Assembly (NCBI RefSeq): GCF_021028975.2
Contig: NC_059435.1
Coordinates: 65,038,001-65,102,000, forward strand
DNA: 64,000 nucleotides
Source: Sphaerodactylus townsendi
Taxonomy: Eukaryota
Direction: 5' to 3'
Part shown: positions 25,601 to 38,477 of the stretch, piece after piece
How the letters are laid out: the number at the start of each line of letters is the position of its first letter
Position numbering within the stretch: the first letter of the stretch is position 1
Notes under the pieces: model-generated
Told to the model about the DNA's origin: nothing
What the model saw: only the letters and a program-made list of their open reading frames with translations
Databases searched by the model: none
Position numbers and translations under genes: made by a program

Positions 25601-28208
25601 CTATTTTGTAGGGTTACTGTGAAAGCATAATGTGGGGAACGTGGATGGTTCGCGGCCATAAGCTAATCAGAGAATGGGTAGCATAAGAAAAAAAGAATGC
25701 ATGTTGAAATATGGGTTGTAAAAAATTGAAATTGCATAAGGACAGTGGCAAGTTGGAAACAGGAAGAGCTGAAAGTAAAGTAGTTCAAGAACCTAATTAT
25801 GTGGCGCTCACTGATATAGATGTTGCTACTATTCCCCCCCCCCCCGTATCCCCACTCCCCACCCCGCCAGTCATTACCAGCTCTTTGAATGGTTAGATTT
25901 ATATGAATGGTAACTTAGAAGCCAGAGAGGGATTGGAAACATTAGAGGTCTCCATTGTTAAGCAGAGCAGACAGTAATTAGATTGCACCTTCGCGCTTGC
26001 TGTTTACATCTTAAGTTTAAAGGGGAAAGCAGGAATAGATGTTCCCTAATGTCATTGACAGAAGATTTCCCTCCAGCTACAAACTGCTACACCAGACATA
26101 TTGATTGATCTGTGTGGTACCATTTATTTATGCTAAGCATCTGATATTTGTTTCTGCAGTCTGGTCTTTCAAAACCATGATAATATTTGAAACATTGGCA
26201 TCCCCTGCATGGTTTTAAAGCCACAAGCTATCCAGGCGACTTAATTTATCTTGGTCTCAACTGTTTGCAAAAGCAAACGCTGCTTGTTCAGTGCATAGGA
26301 TGAGCACATTTTTTCGCTTAAAAAAAAGACAAACGAGGCAAAGATCTTTAGAGTCTTGGTTGTGATTGTCTCCTTCTTTGGAAAACCAGCTTTGCACCCT
26401 CCCATGAATATAGGCAAGGTCAGATGCATGTATCATGAGAAAAGAATGATGTTGGCATTTCCCTGGTATGTGTTGGATCACATCATTTCTGTAGCAATTT
26501 CAGTGAAGACTTCACAGTGAAGGCTGCTTCACTGCTCTTTCTCAAGAGTTTATCTTAACACCAAACAGGTTTCAGGTTTTCCAGGACTTTTCTTCAGACT
26601 GAATGTTAAATAAAGGTGTGGGGTGCCTCATGACTCTGCAGATTCAGGAAGCAGAAGTCCTGCAGATTCAGGAAGCACTGGAGCTCAGGACAGAGTTGGA
26701 ATTGTGCATTCTGAACCTAGAGGGAAAATGAGAACAATTATAAATTGTTATGTAAAGGAACACCGAATTTCTTCTAGTGGTATATATGTTTAAAGAGGCA
26801 TCATGCATGATCCATTGTCCTCTTTGACTCTCAACTCCTGAGTAGTACAGCTGTCATAACAATTTTTGTAATGATGGCTTGCCCCTCCCAGGAGTCTTGG
26901 GTTTCAGTTGCTGGAGTATCCCTGTGCATGACCTTATCTGGCCTAGTAGGCAGACCCAGGCAAGTTTCATGTCTCCACAAGACAACTGCCCCACAAAAGA
27001 TATAAAACTTGTGGAAATTTGGAAGACACACACACATTTTTAAAAGCTTTTTTTTTTCCAGAGGGACGAAGAGAAATCTCGAGGAAATGCCTTAGTTTTT
27101 CTCATACAAAATTGCAAATAGACAAAACACTTGAAAGCTGAAAACTATCACGACCTATGCTACTTTAGCACATGAATCTGAATTTTGCCCATCAGAGCAG
27201 TAGAAGAAAAAGCAGAAAATTTTAAAAAGCAAATTTAAGCACAAATAATACTTGGACGGAAACAGTCTCCCACCAATGAGACTACTAGCATTTTTGGATG
27301 TTAGTGTTTTCAGTGCTAGCTTATCAGACCTTTAAAGTAATGTGTTAACATGTTGTTGCCAGCATAGTTAATATTTAAATAATACATGTATCTTTGCAAA
27401 TATATTGCATGTGGCAGAGTCTGCAGTGATGATCAAGGTCACCTTGGCACCTGCTATACCTTTTCTGTTGCCCATCAGGTGTGTTTAGGAGGTTTTTGGG
27501 GCCAGGCAGGGGCATACAGGGTCCAAATGGCGCCCAGAAACCAAAAACCTTCCAGGTGCCCCCCACCATGGAATCCCGCTTACTCGCACAGTGTCTCATC
27601 CCCCTCATTCATTCACCCTTTCCTTTCCCCTCAGGCTCTGATGCTCGGCTTCAGGGAAGCTGCCACTCAGGCAGCCTGTCTCTATGACTTACTTAAAAGG
27701 GCAATGCTCCTAAGATTGCTTAAGCCCCACTGGGGCCAGGTAGGGCTTTTGCCCAGCAAGGTTTCTAACTGACTATTGGAGATTTCATTAGCTGTGCACA
27801 TTTTTTTTTTGCATAGTGCTTTGGCAGCAGCTACCTCCACAGCACTGAAGTTACTGAAGTTAAGCTGTGGCTATCATTTTGTGGCTTCCATTATGTGGCA
27901 GCCATTTGGTCACTGTGCTCATTTTGCAACATCAGAATCAGAATACCAAATGTGACTGCAGACTCAGAAAGGTTGGGGACCCCTGGTCTACAGCATACAT
28001 AGGAATGATCGTTATTCAATTTATTTACTGTGTTCACCATAGTTGGCCTTTTTAGTTACGATTCACAGCAGGTTATGCAGAAAGTCAATGTAAACAATAA
28101 TATCCAATAGATTGTTAGGCATTTCCAAGCTACGCATTTTGAATTACTAAAACCTTGAAAGACGTTTGGTTTGGAAAATTTTGAAAAAGCGTTTCACTCA
28201 CTCTAGAC

Positions 28209-28513
28209 CAGCCATTCTCAACCAGGGTTCCTGGGGTGCCGTGAGCATGTCCCAGGGGTACTGCGGCAACACTACCGCCCCCCTCATTTTTGTGGTGTCT
28301 CCCACCGGCGCCAGCAGGGACATGGAGCTGGCCCATGGGGCAGGGCCTACCACAAGGTCAGCAGCCACCACCACCCCCAGTGCTACCCTTCACCCTAGGA
28401 GGGGAAGGTGGGGTGTGTGCAAGCAGGGGCAATGGGAGGGGAAGGTGGAGGGTGGCAGCAGGGGTACCGTGAGGTCAAGGTTACCCTGACCTCGAAAAGG
28501 TTGGGAAACACTG
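28209..28513. mobile_element. hAT-Charlie-type MITE
   Basis: TIRs CAGCCATTCTCAACC / GGTTGGGAAACACTG; perfect 8-bp TSD CTCTAGAC. Confidence 0.88.
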
Positions 28514-29008
28514 CTCTAGACAGTTTTTACCACGAACATCCCAAATTTCCAAGTTTTTTAAAAGTCTGTGCAAGGGGGTTTTCCAAGAATTTTCTGAGCC
28601 ATCCCATCTCTGTGCCCCTGTCAGGTCAGGCTTTTCTGGAATACACAGCGTGAGCTGAGTAGCTGACCATACAGGAAGAAGCCCCAGAAGTCCCAATCCT
28701 AAGTAAAGCTACATCCTTCTGAGCCTTTTGTGAACTTACAAGGGTACAGCAGGTATAGTGGTTATGAATGTTGGAGCAATACTTGGAACACCCAGGTTTT
28801 GTTCCCCTCTCCTCCACAAACAACCGTGGGAGTTAGGTGAAGCTAAGATGGCGTGACTTGCCAAAGGCAACCCAGGCAGCTTCCACGGCATGAGTGAGGA
28901 TTCCAATGTGGATCTCTGATTCTTGTCCGGCAGTCTATCCTCTACACCACACCTGTCACACCATTTTTCTAAATATGTTTCTTCCTCAGTGGGCTTATGA
29001 CCCAACTG

Positions 29009-29303
29009 GCAGCAGTGGCGTAGGAGGTTAAGAGCTTGTGTATCTAATCTGGAGGAACCGGGTTTGATTCCCAGCTCTGCCACTTGAGCTGTGGAGGCTT
29101 AATTGGGGAATTCAGATTAGCCTGGGCACTCCCACACATGCCAGCTGGGTGACCTTGGGCTAATCACAGCTTCTCGGAGCTCTCTCAGCCCCACCTACCT
29201 CACCGGGTGTTTGTTGTGAGGGGGGGAGGGCAAGGAGATTGTAAGCCCCTTTGAGTCTCCTACAGGAGAGAAAGGGGGAATATAAATCCAAACTCTTCTT
29301 CTT
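29009..29303 (+). mobile_element. Full-length Squam3-like SINE (young-looking subfamily)
   Basis: CAGCAGTGGCGTAGGAGGTTAAGAGC head to ATAAATCCAAACTCTTCTTCTT tail; older MIR-like copies at ~28790-28955 (-) and ~29310-29530 (+). Confidence 0.88.
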
Positions 29304-30204
29304 ATCATGAGTCATGGTGGTGTAGGGGCTAAGAGAGTTGGGCAAGTATCTGGGAGACCTGGGCTTGAATCTCTGTTTGTCCCATGGAAGCTCACTGGGT
29401 GACCTTGGGCCAATCATGCTCTTTCAGTCTAATTCACTTGACAGGATAAAATGGCGGAGAGGAGAATGATGTTCATTTCTTTGGTTCCCCATTGAGGAAA
29501 AAGGTGGGATACTGATGAATTAAATAATAAATGAAGTGTAAGGTTCCCATTATTAAGCTCTACTTTTCTCTTTTTAAGAATTGATTGCATTAGTGTCCAA
29601 GTACCAAGCCATCTAGCAGATATTTACAAGAAGAATTGGTTTGCTGATCTTTCAGGGGGAAAAATGTGTGTGTTTGTGGTGGTGGGGTGAAATGGCTTAA
29701 TCTGTAGAGCTAATTTCCATTCTTGGCAGCACAAAATAAAAATCAGGAAGTAGTAATTTAGTGAGCCGTATGTAGTAGTGGCTTTTGTTTCATAATGAAA
29801 AATAATCTCACTGCAGAGGATAAATTATTTTGCCTCATTTGTTTAGACGCAAATCCTCCCAGGGCTTTGCAAAATGCTGACCTAAGGTACGTGTGGAAAG
29901 GGCACAGCAGAAGCTGCCTGAGTCTATTGCAGTTTTGTCTGCACAAAATATTCGCAAAAACCACAAGGCCTCTGAAACAGCTACTATCATCACAGTAGGT
30001 AGTTATTAAAACAAAGTCTTGCAAATCACCTTCCAACCCCCAACGCATGTATAATTCACATGGTATAATTGTCTTTGCTTGCAACTACTCTTCATCAGAA
30101 CTGTTCTGACATTCTTGCCTGGTATTCTGATAAAACCCCAAGATCTTCCCTTTTTCCTTTTTATTTTTTGGGTATATGTGTAGGGAAACGCCATCCCTAT
30201 TCTA

Positions 30205-30844
30205 CAGGGGTCCCCAAACTTTTTAAACAGGGGGCCAGTTCACTGTCCCTCAGACTGTTGGAGGGCCAGACTAAAAAAAACTATGAACAAATTCCTATGC
30301 ACAAATGATTGTGAAATGTTTGATTTCACCTTTCAGCCTTTCTGTCATGGTCTACTTTTAGAACAGTGACCAAAATATGTCAAGTGCAGGGTGGGCTCCA
30401 AATATTGTTGAGGAGGCTGCGGAATACCTTCCCCTGTAAAAACAAAAAGCAGAACTTTCCCAATGAAACATTCCATCTAACCCAGGATCAGGTATCTTCC
30501 TGGGTTCTTTCCTCCCTAGCAGCCAGCGAGCGATTCGCCAGCCTGGCTGATGCCAATGGGAGTGAGGCGGAACAGAAAGCCTGAGAGCAACACATGGAGT
30601 AGCCGAGAGGGAAGGGCGGAGCAGGCGTTGCCACATGTAAGGTTTCCAACTCTGGGTCAGAAAATTCATGGAGATTTGGGGGTGCCATCATGTAACTGCA
30701 ATGAACAGCCGTTGGGGCCGGTTCCTCCTCTCCCTCGAGCCCCCACTGCACATGAATGGAGCCATCACCGCCATCCCTGGCGGGCCCGATAAATGCCTTC
30801 AGGGGGCCACATTTGGCCCCCGGGCCGTAGTTTGGGGACCCCTG
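30205..30844. mobile_element. Non-autonomous hAT-Charlie element (OposCharlie/OC1-like ends)
   Basis: TIR CAGGGGTCCCCAAACT at both ends; perfect TSD CTATTCTA (30197-30204, 30845-30852); family name from recall. Confidence 0.85.
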
Positions 30845-31352
30845 CTATTCTATTAAGCCTGAAGGAAGAACAAAGAAAGACGATGACAACATGAACAAAC
30901 TCTGGTTTGTTTGCAGTGAAAAGAAACCTGGCTAATTCCCAGGCTTGCACGTCTTCTCATCTCCCCTTCTGCAGTGTCAATATCAAGAAACTTCCTGGTT
31001 TAGAAAGTCTTCCGTCTAACTTTGTTCATTTGTTAGTTTTAATTTAGTTGACTTGTTGTGATGTCTGAAGTCAAGCACTTGAGCAAATCAGGTGTCTGGT
31101 TCTGGTGGGCTTTCCGGGCTGTGTCGTTGCTTGTCCATTCTGGTTTAGAATCCTACTTGCTGGGCAAGAACCAGGCCCAGTTTTAACATGCAGAATCTGA
31201 GAGCATCTTCGACAGTATTGAAAATAGCAAGGGAATTATGCATTGCCCCTGCAGGAAGTAGACTCACAGCAACTAGAACTTGCAAATCGTGGGGTAGGCA
31301 AATATAAAGACGTTATAACCAAAGTAGTCAAAGGTCGGAAGTTGCTTGCATC

Positions 31353-31941
31353 CAGAGGTGGGATCCAGCAGGTTCTCACCAGTTCCCGAGAGTGGGTTAC
31401 TAATTATTTATGTGTGCCGAGAGGGGGTTACGAATTGGGTCTGCTTTTCCGTTAGAAATTCCATTAGGTCCAAAAATCATAAAGTCCTGTTGTTTCCTAT
31501 GTGGCTGGTTAGCGAAGGTAGAAAACGGGATAATTCTCCCTGTTGGGCTGCTTAAAAAACATGTTTTAGTAATATGGTAAAGTTCCTTGTTCAAGGAAAG
31601 TATCCTTCTTTTGATTTCTAGAAACAAAATTAAGTATTTGGAAGTATTAAGTATTAGACAGGCAGTCAATTAGAGGAGAAGTAGTTGTTTCTGTTGGCAG
31701 TAGGCAATAGGACTTGCTATAATGGGTTTAAATTATGGACAGAAAGATACCAGCTGGAAATTAGGAACTTTTTTTTTACAGTAAGAGTTTTTTACAGTCA
31801 CAGAGAAATTATTAATGCCCAGCCCTTGGAATGCCCGGCCACGCCCCCGTCGTGCCCCGCCCAGCCCCATTGGTGCTACGCCACTGTTTGAATCCCACCC
31901 CCATGGGAACCTGTTACTAAAATTTTTGGATCCCACCACTG
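31353..31941 (-). mobile_element. hAT MITE, 589-bp form, containing a CR1 fragment
   Basis: Same TIRs as 8362-8553, reverse orientation; perfect TSD CTTGCATC; internal CR1-like ORF2 C-terminal peptide at ~31685-31795. Confidence 0.9.
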
Positions 31942-32666
31942 CTTGCATCTCTTTCTGTCTGTAATGTTAAAAGCCATCTTTGACACACATGCCTGGCGAA
32001 TCTCCTGGAAGCAGAATCCACTGACTTCTGCCTCTCACTTTCTCTTGGCTTTTCAAGCCGCGTGAACCTGTCACTCCGGTTCTTTCCAGCCACTTGCCCA
32101 GATACCTCTTAAGAAGGCCATGAATAAGGAAAAGCACTTTGTGGATGATGGGTCACTGGAGCCAGAATTTGGCTACCCTTTGTCGTTGGTGTGCTATCAG
32201 TAAACGTGGTACTTTGCAGAACGATATAAGAAAAAAAAAGACAGGTTGATCTTAAAATTCAGCAGTGGGGAAGGCAAGCGGTCAGGAGGAGAAAATCGGA
32301 AATGGGAACCAAGTTGATTGGGGTGAATAATACTTAGAACTTTTTGGATGTCCAGCAGAGGAGCATGTGTATAAATGTGCTTTTTTTTTTTTTGGTTAAG
32401 GACTCACTTTCAGTGGCTTTGTGTACGTTCAATTTCCCTTTCTGTAAAGAGGTAAAATTAATTGCATAGGGATTGTTAGTCATGGGCCTGACAAAGGGGG
32501 CTTTAACTCATGAAAGCTTATACCCCCCAAATCTTGTTTTTAAATTTATTTTATTAAATTTCTCTAACAGCCCCTTCCCTTCTGGGCTCAGGGTGGTTCA
32601 CAACAAATTATAAAAACAACATAGTATAAAATAAGCTATAAAATTATAGAACAATGCATTCAGTTT

Positions 32667-32950
32667 AGAAGAACAGTTTGGACTTATCCCCTGTCTTTCT
32701 CTCCTATAAGGAAACTCAAAGGGGCTTACAATGTCCTTTCCCTTCCTCTCCCCACAAAAAGACACCTTGTTAGGTAGGTGGGGCTGAGAGAGTTCCAAAG
32801 AACTGTGAGTAGCCCATGGTGACCCAGCAAAAATGTAGGAGTAGGGAAACAAATCTGGTTCACCAGATAAGAGTCCACTGCTCAGGTGGAGGGTAGATAA
32901 TCAAACCTGGTTCTCCGGATTATAGTCCACCTGCTCTTAACCACTACATC
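32667..32950 (-). mobile_element. Squam3-like SINE
   Basis: Reverse-complement match to the SINE consensus. Confidence 0.82.
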
Positions 32951-33042
32951 CTGAACAACTAAGATGGCAAACCTTCCCTTTCCATTGAGCTCACCAAGAC
33001 TATAAAAAATAGGGGGAGGGTGGAAAAATATCACCTAATAGA

Positions 33043-33322
33043 GGGCATTTCCCCACTCTTCATGATCCCCCCATACCGCGCGCTGCTCTCAGCGCGCGGC
33101 ATCCCTGGCGCGCTCCCAGGCGTCCCCGCGACCCCACACTCTGCGTGGGGTCATCAAAAGGCGCAGTTTACAAGAGCACCAGGGATGCCGCACACTGAGG
33201 GGGCGTGATAACAGCAGCATCGGGGCGGCTACGCTGTCACCGCCCCTGTCGTGGGGAGTGCCGGGGGACCCCCGCTACTTGAGGAGAGTAGCGCGGGGCT
33301 TAAGGTAAGTGGGGGAAGGTCC
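33043..33322. mobile_element. Harbinger-type MITE (CCCCACT subfamily)
   Basis: 15-bp TIRs GGGCATTTCCCCACT / AGTGGGGGAAGGTCC; TSD AGA; CpG-rich; related to 61642-61917. Confidence 0.75.
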
Positions 33323-34632
33323 AGAGAGAGTGGGGGTGGTGGGGGGAGGGGAGGGGAGGGGAGGGGAGGCCAAAGATTATAAGTATTGCTGCCACAAGCA
33401 TATGCCTGGTGGCTCAACTCTGTTTTACGGGCTGTGTGGAAGTGAATTAGATTCCATAGGCCCTGCTCTCATCAGACAAAGCACTCCACCAGGCTGGGGG
33501 TTGAGCCAAAAAGACTCTGGCCCTGGTTGAGGCCAGCTGGACTTCCCTTGGGTCACTGATCAGAAGTAAATTATTACTCAATTACTAGAGTGTCTTCAGG
33601 GGATGTAACAGGAGAGGCAATCTTGTAGGTACTTTGGTCCCAGACTTTTTTAGGGCTTTGTACATCAGTACTAGAACCCTGAATCCACCTGGAGCCAGTG
33701 CAGCTGGAGGAACACAGGTTGGATGTGTCAGAACCACAGGGGTGTAGAAAAATTTGTATCTGTTCAGCAGTATCTGAACAGTAAAGCTCAGAAGCGTGGG
33801 TTAAGTAAGGGTGTGATTGTGAACCCCGAAAGAAAGCCTCTTGCTTTTGATGATTTGATTTCCAACATTCGACACCACTTATGTTCTCAGCTACAATAGC
33901 CAGCCAGCCATCCTCATAAAGGTACATTTACAAATATTAGCTTCCATGAACTTTACTTCTGCTCCTCCTTGTATTCAACAGGCAGTGTTTTCCTAGTGAA
34001 GGTTGACTACAGTGGAAAATGTTATGGATTAAGAAAGCTGGAAAGTTTCCTATATGTATAAATACACAAATTCTCTTCTTTTGATGTTAGTGATGCCAAC
34101 CGAAATACAAAGAGTTGATTCCAAAAGGGCACATGCCCTTGCAACCCAAAACAGCAGAAGGAGAGATTAATACTAGGGTTTCTGCCTTGAGTTTCAGAGG
34201 GAGACCTGCAAAATATTTTGGTTGCACATTGAGACAGTTTAGTGCATTTTTCCAGCACTGTCTCCTTGAAAATTTACTCCCAATAATGTAGATTAAGGTA
34301 TAAATTGCATTTGAGCCACCTTAATGCATATTCATCAGATGAAAGCTTAGACAATTATTCTGATAGTTTATCTGCCAGATGTCTGTTTTATGATTTAGCA
34401 GACACTTGATTTGACAGAATAATCCCTGGCAATTTTTTTTCTGGGTTTACATACTTATTTTCTGAGAGGGACCTATTGTATGAAGAAAAAACGAGACAGC
34501 AAGCATGTCTGAGGATGATTGCATTCTGTTTGTTAATATTGTTTTGCTTTTTATCACGTTTTAAAACCTTGGGAAAACTTATCATGAGGGCAAAATAATG
34601 TCTCCCAGGGTGAACAGTGAACCCCCTACCTA

Positions 34633-34876
34633 AAGAAGAAGAGGAGTTTGGATTTATACCCCACCTTTCTCTCCTGTAAGGAGACTCAAGGTGACTTACA
34701 AGCTCCTTTCCCTTCCTCTCCCCACAACAGACACCTTGTGAGGTAGGTGGGGCTGAGAGAGTTCCGAAGAACTGTGACTAGCCCAAGGTCACCCAGCAGG
34801 AATGTAGGAGTGTGGAAACACATCTGGGTCACCAGATAAGCTTCTGCCACTCAGGTGGAGAATTGAAGAAATCACA
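34633..34876 (-). mobile_element. 5'-truncated Squam3-like SINE
   Basis: Consensus match; flanking direct repeat CCTACCTA (34625-34632, 34877-34884). Confidence 0.85.
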
Positions 34877-35544
34877 CCTACCTACAGTCCAGATGAAAAA
34901 AAAACCTAGCTTTAGTAGGGCACAGTCTTGTTTCTAAAGAGGTGTTTTATCACGTTTCTTTCCCTAAATAGCGGAAGAAGTGGAAGGGATGTTAAGTTTT
35001 CACACCTGTTACTTCATGTTAGGTTTGATGAGAACTCTGATTATGCATCAAGAAATATGCATTGTGGTTTGTAGCAAAGCAGGCATTTGGATAACAGACT
35101 CTCAGGCTGAGTGAACACTTGAATGGAAAGGAGAGCGCGAGCATCAGTGTCTCCGTTAGTTGGGTTTGAAAACTGCAAGTGCAAAGAGAAAGATGCTGTT
35201 TGCAACAACGAATGCAAAAAAAAAAAGCAGCACCACTGTAAGCAAAGAAATGATTTACTGAAAAGCTGGAAGAGATTTCCGAGAATATCCAATGTGTTTT
35301 TCTCTTGGGAAATTTGCTCGTTAGGCATCTCCCCAATACACGGTTTTTGTGCTTTAAAAAAGAGTTGGAGAATTCAGTTAAAAAGAGTTAAAAACAGTAG
35401 TCAGCCCTCCGCCTATTTCTGAAATGGAATAGTCCAGGAAGTGTTTGGCTACCTACTCTTATTGTTCAGGTGAAGGTAATCTAGCCCATAATGACAGTGA
35501 TCTCTGCATGGCAAAGGCGATTGGGTCTAATACGCTAAACAGAG

Positions 35545-35825
35545 AGCCGGCCTAGTGTACAGTGGTGGACTCTATAATCTGGAGAATTGGGTTTGATTCC
35601 CCACTCCTCCGCATGCACAGCGGCCTCTTCTCTGGATTTGTTTCCCTGCCCCTCCACATGAAGCCTGCTGGGTGACCTTGGGGCAGTTCTCTCCGAACTC
35701 TCTCAGCCCCACCTACCTCACAAGGTGTCTGCTGTAAGGAGAGGAAGGAAAGGAGTTTGCAAGATGGTTTGAGACTCCTTATGGTTGAGTAGTGTTGCAT
35801 AAATCTAGGACTCAACAACAAGTAG
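35545..35825 (+). mobile_element. Squam3-like SINE
   Basis: GGTTTGATTCCCCACTCC B box; GGGTGACCTTGGG core. Confidence 0.8.
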
Positions 35826-37342
35826 CCTCTTATTCTATCCTCTTCTTCTTCTATGGGAAGTGAGAATTCCCATCTCTTTCATACCATGTGACAAGCTTGG
35901 AACGGAGAGGCTGGATTTAAGAACAATTGCCTGTCCCTTCTTTCTTTGGAACTTCCCTCTTTTCCTTCCATTCCTGCATTTTACTTGTGCCTCAAGTGTG
36001 AATTTCTTGTGCAGGTTCTGAAGTCCAGGAGGATGTTAGTTTACGATGACTTGTGGCAGTGGCGGTGGGGGGGGGGGGCATAAGAGGGCAGTCTCCCCTG
36101 TTTTTGCCCTTATGTCTTACTTGGTTCCCAATTCTTCCCAACTGAGGAAGACAGCCCTGCAACTCAGAAGCTTGGCAGTCTACCAAACATAACTGGTTGG
36201 CAATCATCTGTTATATACCTGATAATATCCATAGTAATGCAAACACACGTATTCTGGTAATGTGAACATTGCCTGACATTGTAGAATTCAATTAAAGTTT
36301 GGCCCTGGGCTGCAAAAGGAGCCCATTTGACGCGCTTTTTAATATTAGGAATTAATGTCTGAGGTTAGAATTTGGCTTGTAAGTGTTTTAATTATCTGCC
36401 ACAGGCCTTTAATGCAAAGCCATCGTCAACTTTCCTTTTAAACATTCATGCTTTTTTTTTTCATTCTTAAGTAATTCCTTCAAACTACCTTTAGCCTCTA
36501 ATGTGTCACCTCCCTCTTTTTCGCCTTCCTTTTAAAAATTCTTTTTACTCTGTTGTGTTAATTGACAGATTAATTAGCAATTTGAGGTGCAGTCTTCCCC
36601 TCCCCCCCCCCCATTCAAGCCATTTATAACCTTGGCAGAAAAGCTGAGATGGAAATTCAGCCCGGTAATTAATCTCCTCATATCTCACATTCTTCAGGAA
36701 AAGGATTTTTCCTCATCCCTTTTTTTTTAATCTGGCCATTCAAGAGGCTCATTCACAACAGCAGGTTCTCCTGAGGAGGAGGAGGAGGAGGAGAAGGAGA
36801 AGGAGAAGCTGGACTCTTCCTGCCGATCACTCAGCCACTTGAACGTTTTCGCTACCTACCGTGAGTAGTGATTCCAGGACAGATGCCAGAATGAACATCC
36901 AGCTCTTTTGCCAGCCTGACACATAACAGGTGTTGGCTCGCAGCAAGCCTTTGCATATTACCTGAACAGCAGGTGGAATCTGTGCTGGTGGAATCAGTGT
37001 TCCAAGATCCAGCGCCCCTCTCTTCACACCCTCAGTCGAGGTAATTGTCAGGGAGATCAAGGCTCTCTGAAGGTAATATTCCCACAGAAAAATTTAAGAT
37101 CGGTAGAGAAAGGAGCTGACTTGTCAGTCTGCTGCAGTTTGAGTTGAACAGTTTCAAGAACAGCCTCGGCTGCAGAAGGAGACTCTGTAGTTGCTAAGAA
37201 TGGCACACGTTTAAGGGACGGTTCACAGGACACTGTCTATGGATGAGCTCAACTCTTACTTTGCCCCTCGCTCACACCAAGGGCCAGTCAAAACTGACTT
37301 TCCTCTGGACTGTCCTTAGCCCACATAGCTATTTTGTGTTCT

Positions 37343-37610
37343 GGTTGTGGTGGGTTTTCCGGGCTGTGTGGCCATGGTCTGGTGGATCTATTCAGGCCAG
37401 CCGAAAGTGAGTGCAGACTGTGGCTGGCATCTCTAGAGGTGTATCTAGAGGACATAGTGTGTGTAGCTAGCTCTCCTCTGTGACACACCTCTGAAGATGC
37501 CAGCCACAGATGCAGGCAAAACGTTAGGAACAAGATCCACCAGACCATGGCCTCACAGTCGGGAAAACCCAACACAACCAGATGAATCCGGCCGTGAAAG
37601 CCTTCAACAG
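37343..37610. mobile_element. Fold-back Penelope-derived element with hammerhead motif
   Basis: Inverted arms; + strand CCT-CTGAAGA-TGCCAGCCACAGATGCAGGC-AAAA-CG-TT-AGG (37488-37528); TSD TATTTTGTGTTCT / TATTTTGTTTTCT. Confidence 0.82.
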
Positions 37611-37755
37611 TATTTTGTTTTCTTTCATTTGAGGGCTAATAACAGCATGTGGGTGAATTTCATGAAACCACCTGGGGGCCAGGTTACGCCCCCTCTTACA
37701 CACAGATCTGGGACGTTTCTGGCTACTGATAGTGTTGGGAAAACACAGGGAGAAG

Positions 37756-37860
37756 TTTGGGTGCTGTGTGGTTTCTGGGCTGTATGGCCGTGTTCTAGCA
37801 GCATTCTCTCCTGACGTTTCGCCTGCATCTGTGGCTGACATCTTCATTGCCTTCGACAAT
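37756..37860 (-). mobile_element. Internally deleted Penelope-derived element with hammerhead remnant
   Basis: Minus strand TGAAGA-TGTCAGCCACAGATGCAGGC-GAAA-CG-TC-AGGA (37809-37846); TSD ACAGGGAGAAG (37745-37755, 37861-37871). Confidence 0.8.
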
Positions 37861-38092
37861 ACAGGGAGAAGCTGTTCACAGTCCTTCTAGATTCTCGTGT
37901 AATATAAATGTATAAGAGTTCCCCAGAACTTATGCTGCAGTGGAAGTTGTACAAGTCACTAAATCGAGACAATATTACTTCCTTCATCAGAGCCCTCAGA
38001 AACGGGGGGAAAAAATCTGGAGCTGCCTCTGCTGAGTCACAAGACTCATTTTTTTCTTTTTTTAAACTACCACTGCATTTTGGGGTCTGTAG

Positions 38093-38477
38093 CAGTGGTG
38101 GGATCCAAAAATTTTAGGTTCCCATGGTGGTGGGATTCAAACTGTGGTGTAGCGCCAGTGGGGCTGGGCGGGGCATGACGGGGCGTGGCCGGGCATTCCG
38201 GGGGTGGGGCATTATGGGGCGGGGCTGTGGCAAGGACGCAGCCGCTGTGCCGGTCCTTGGGTGGGAAACGAATGCACGCAGGCGCAGGCTACCACGCACG
38301 CCGGTGCACCTCCTGCTAGACTGCTTCAAGTTCTGCGTGCTACTGCTGAGAGGAGGGGCGTAACTAAGGCAAAAATCACGTGGCAAAATCACCAATTAGT
38401 AACCCCTTCTCGGCACACACAAATAATTAGTAACCGACTCTCGGGAACCTGTGAGAACCTGCTGGATCCCACCTCTG
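38093..38477 (+). mobile_element. hAT MITE, 385-bp GC-rich form
   Basis: Same TIRs as 8362-8553; left flank GTCTGTAG; right TSD disrupted by a partial TIR duplication. Confidence 0.88.

Noticed and set aside
26636-26677. 18-bp direct repeat CTGCAGATTCAGGAAGCA
   Set aside because: Two copies only, a simple local duplication; no array, and CRISPR is not applicable to this eukaryotic DNA
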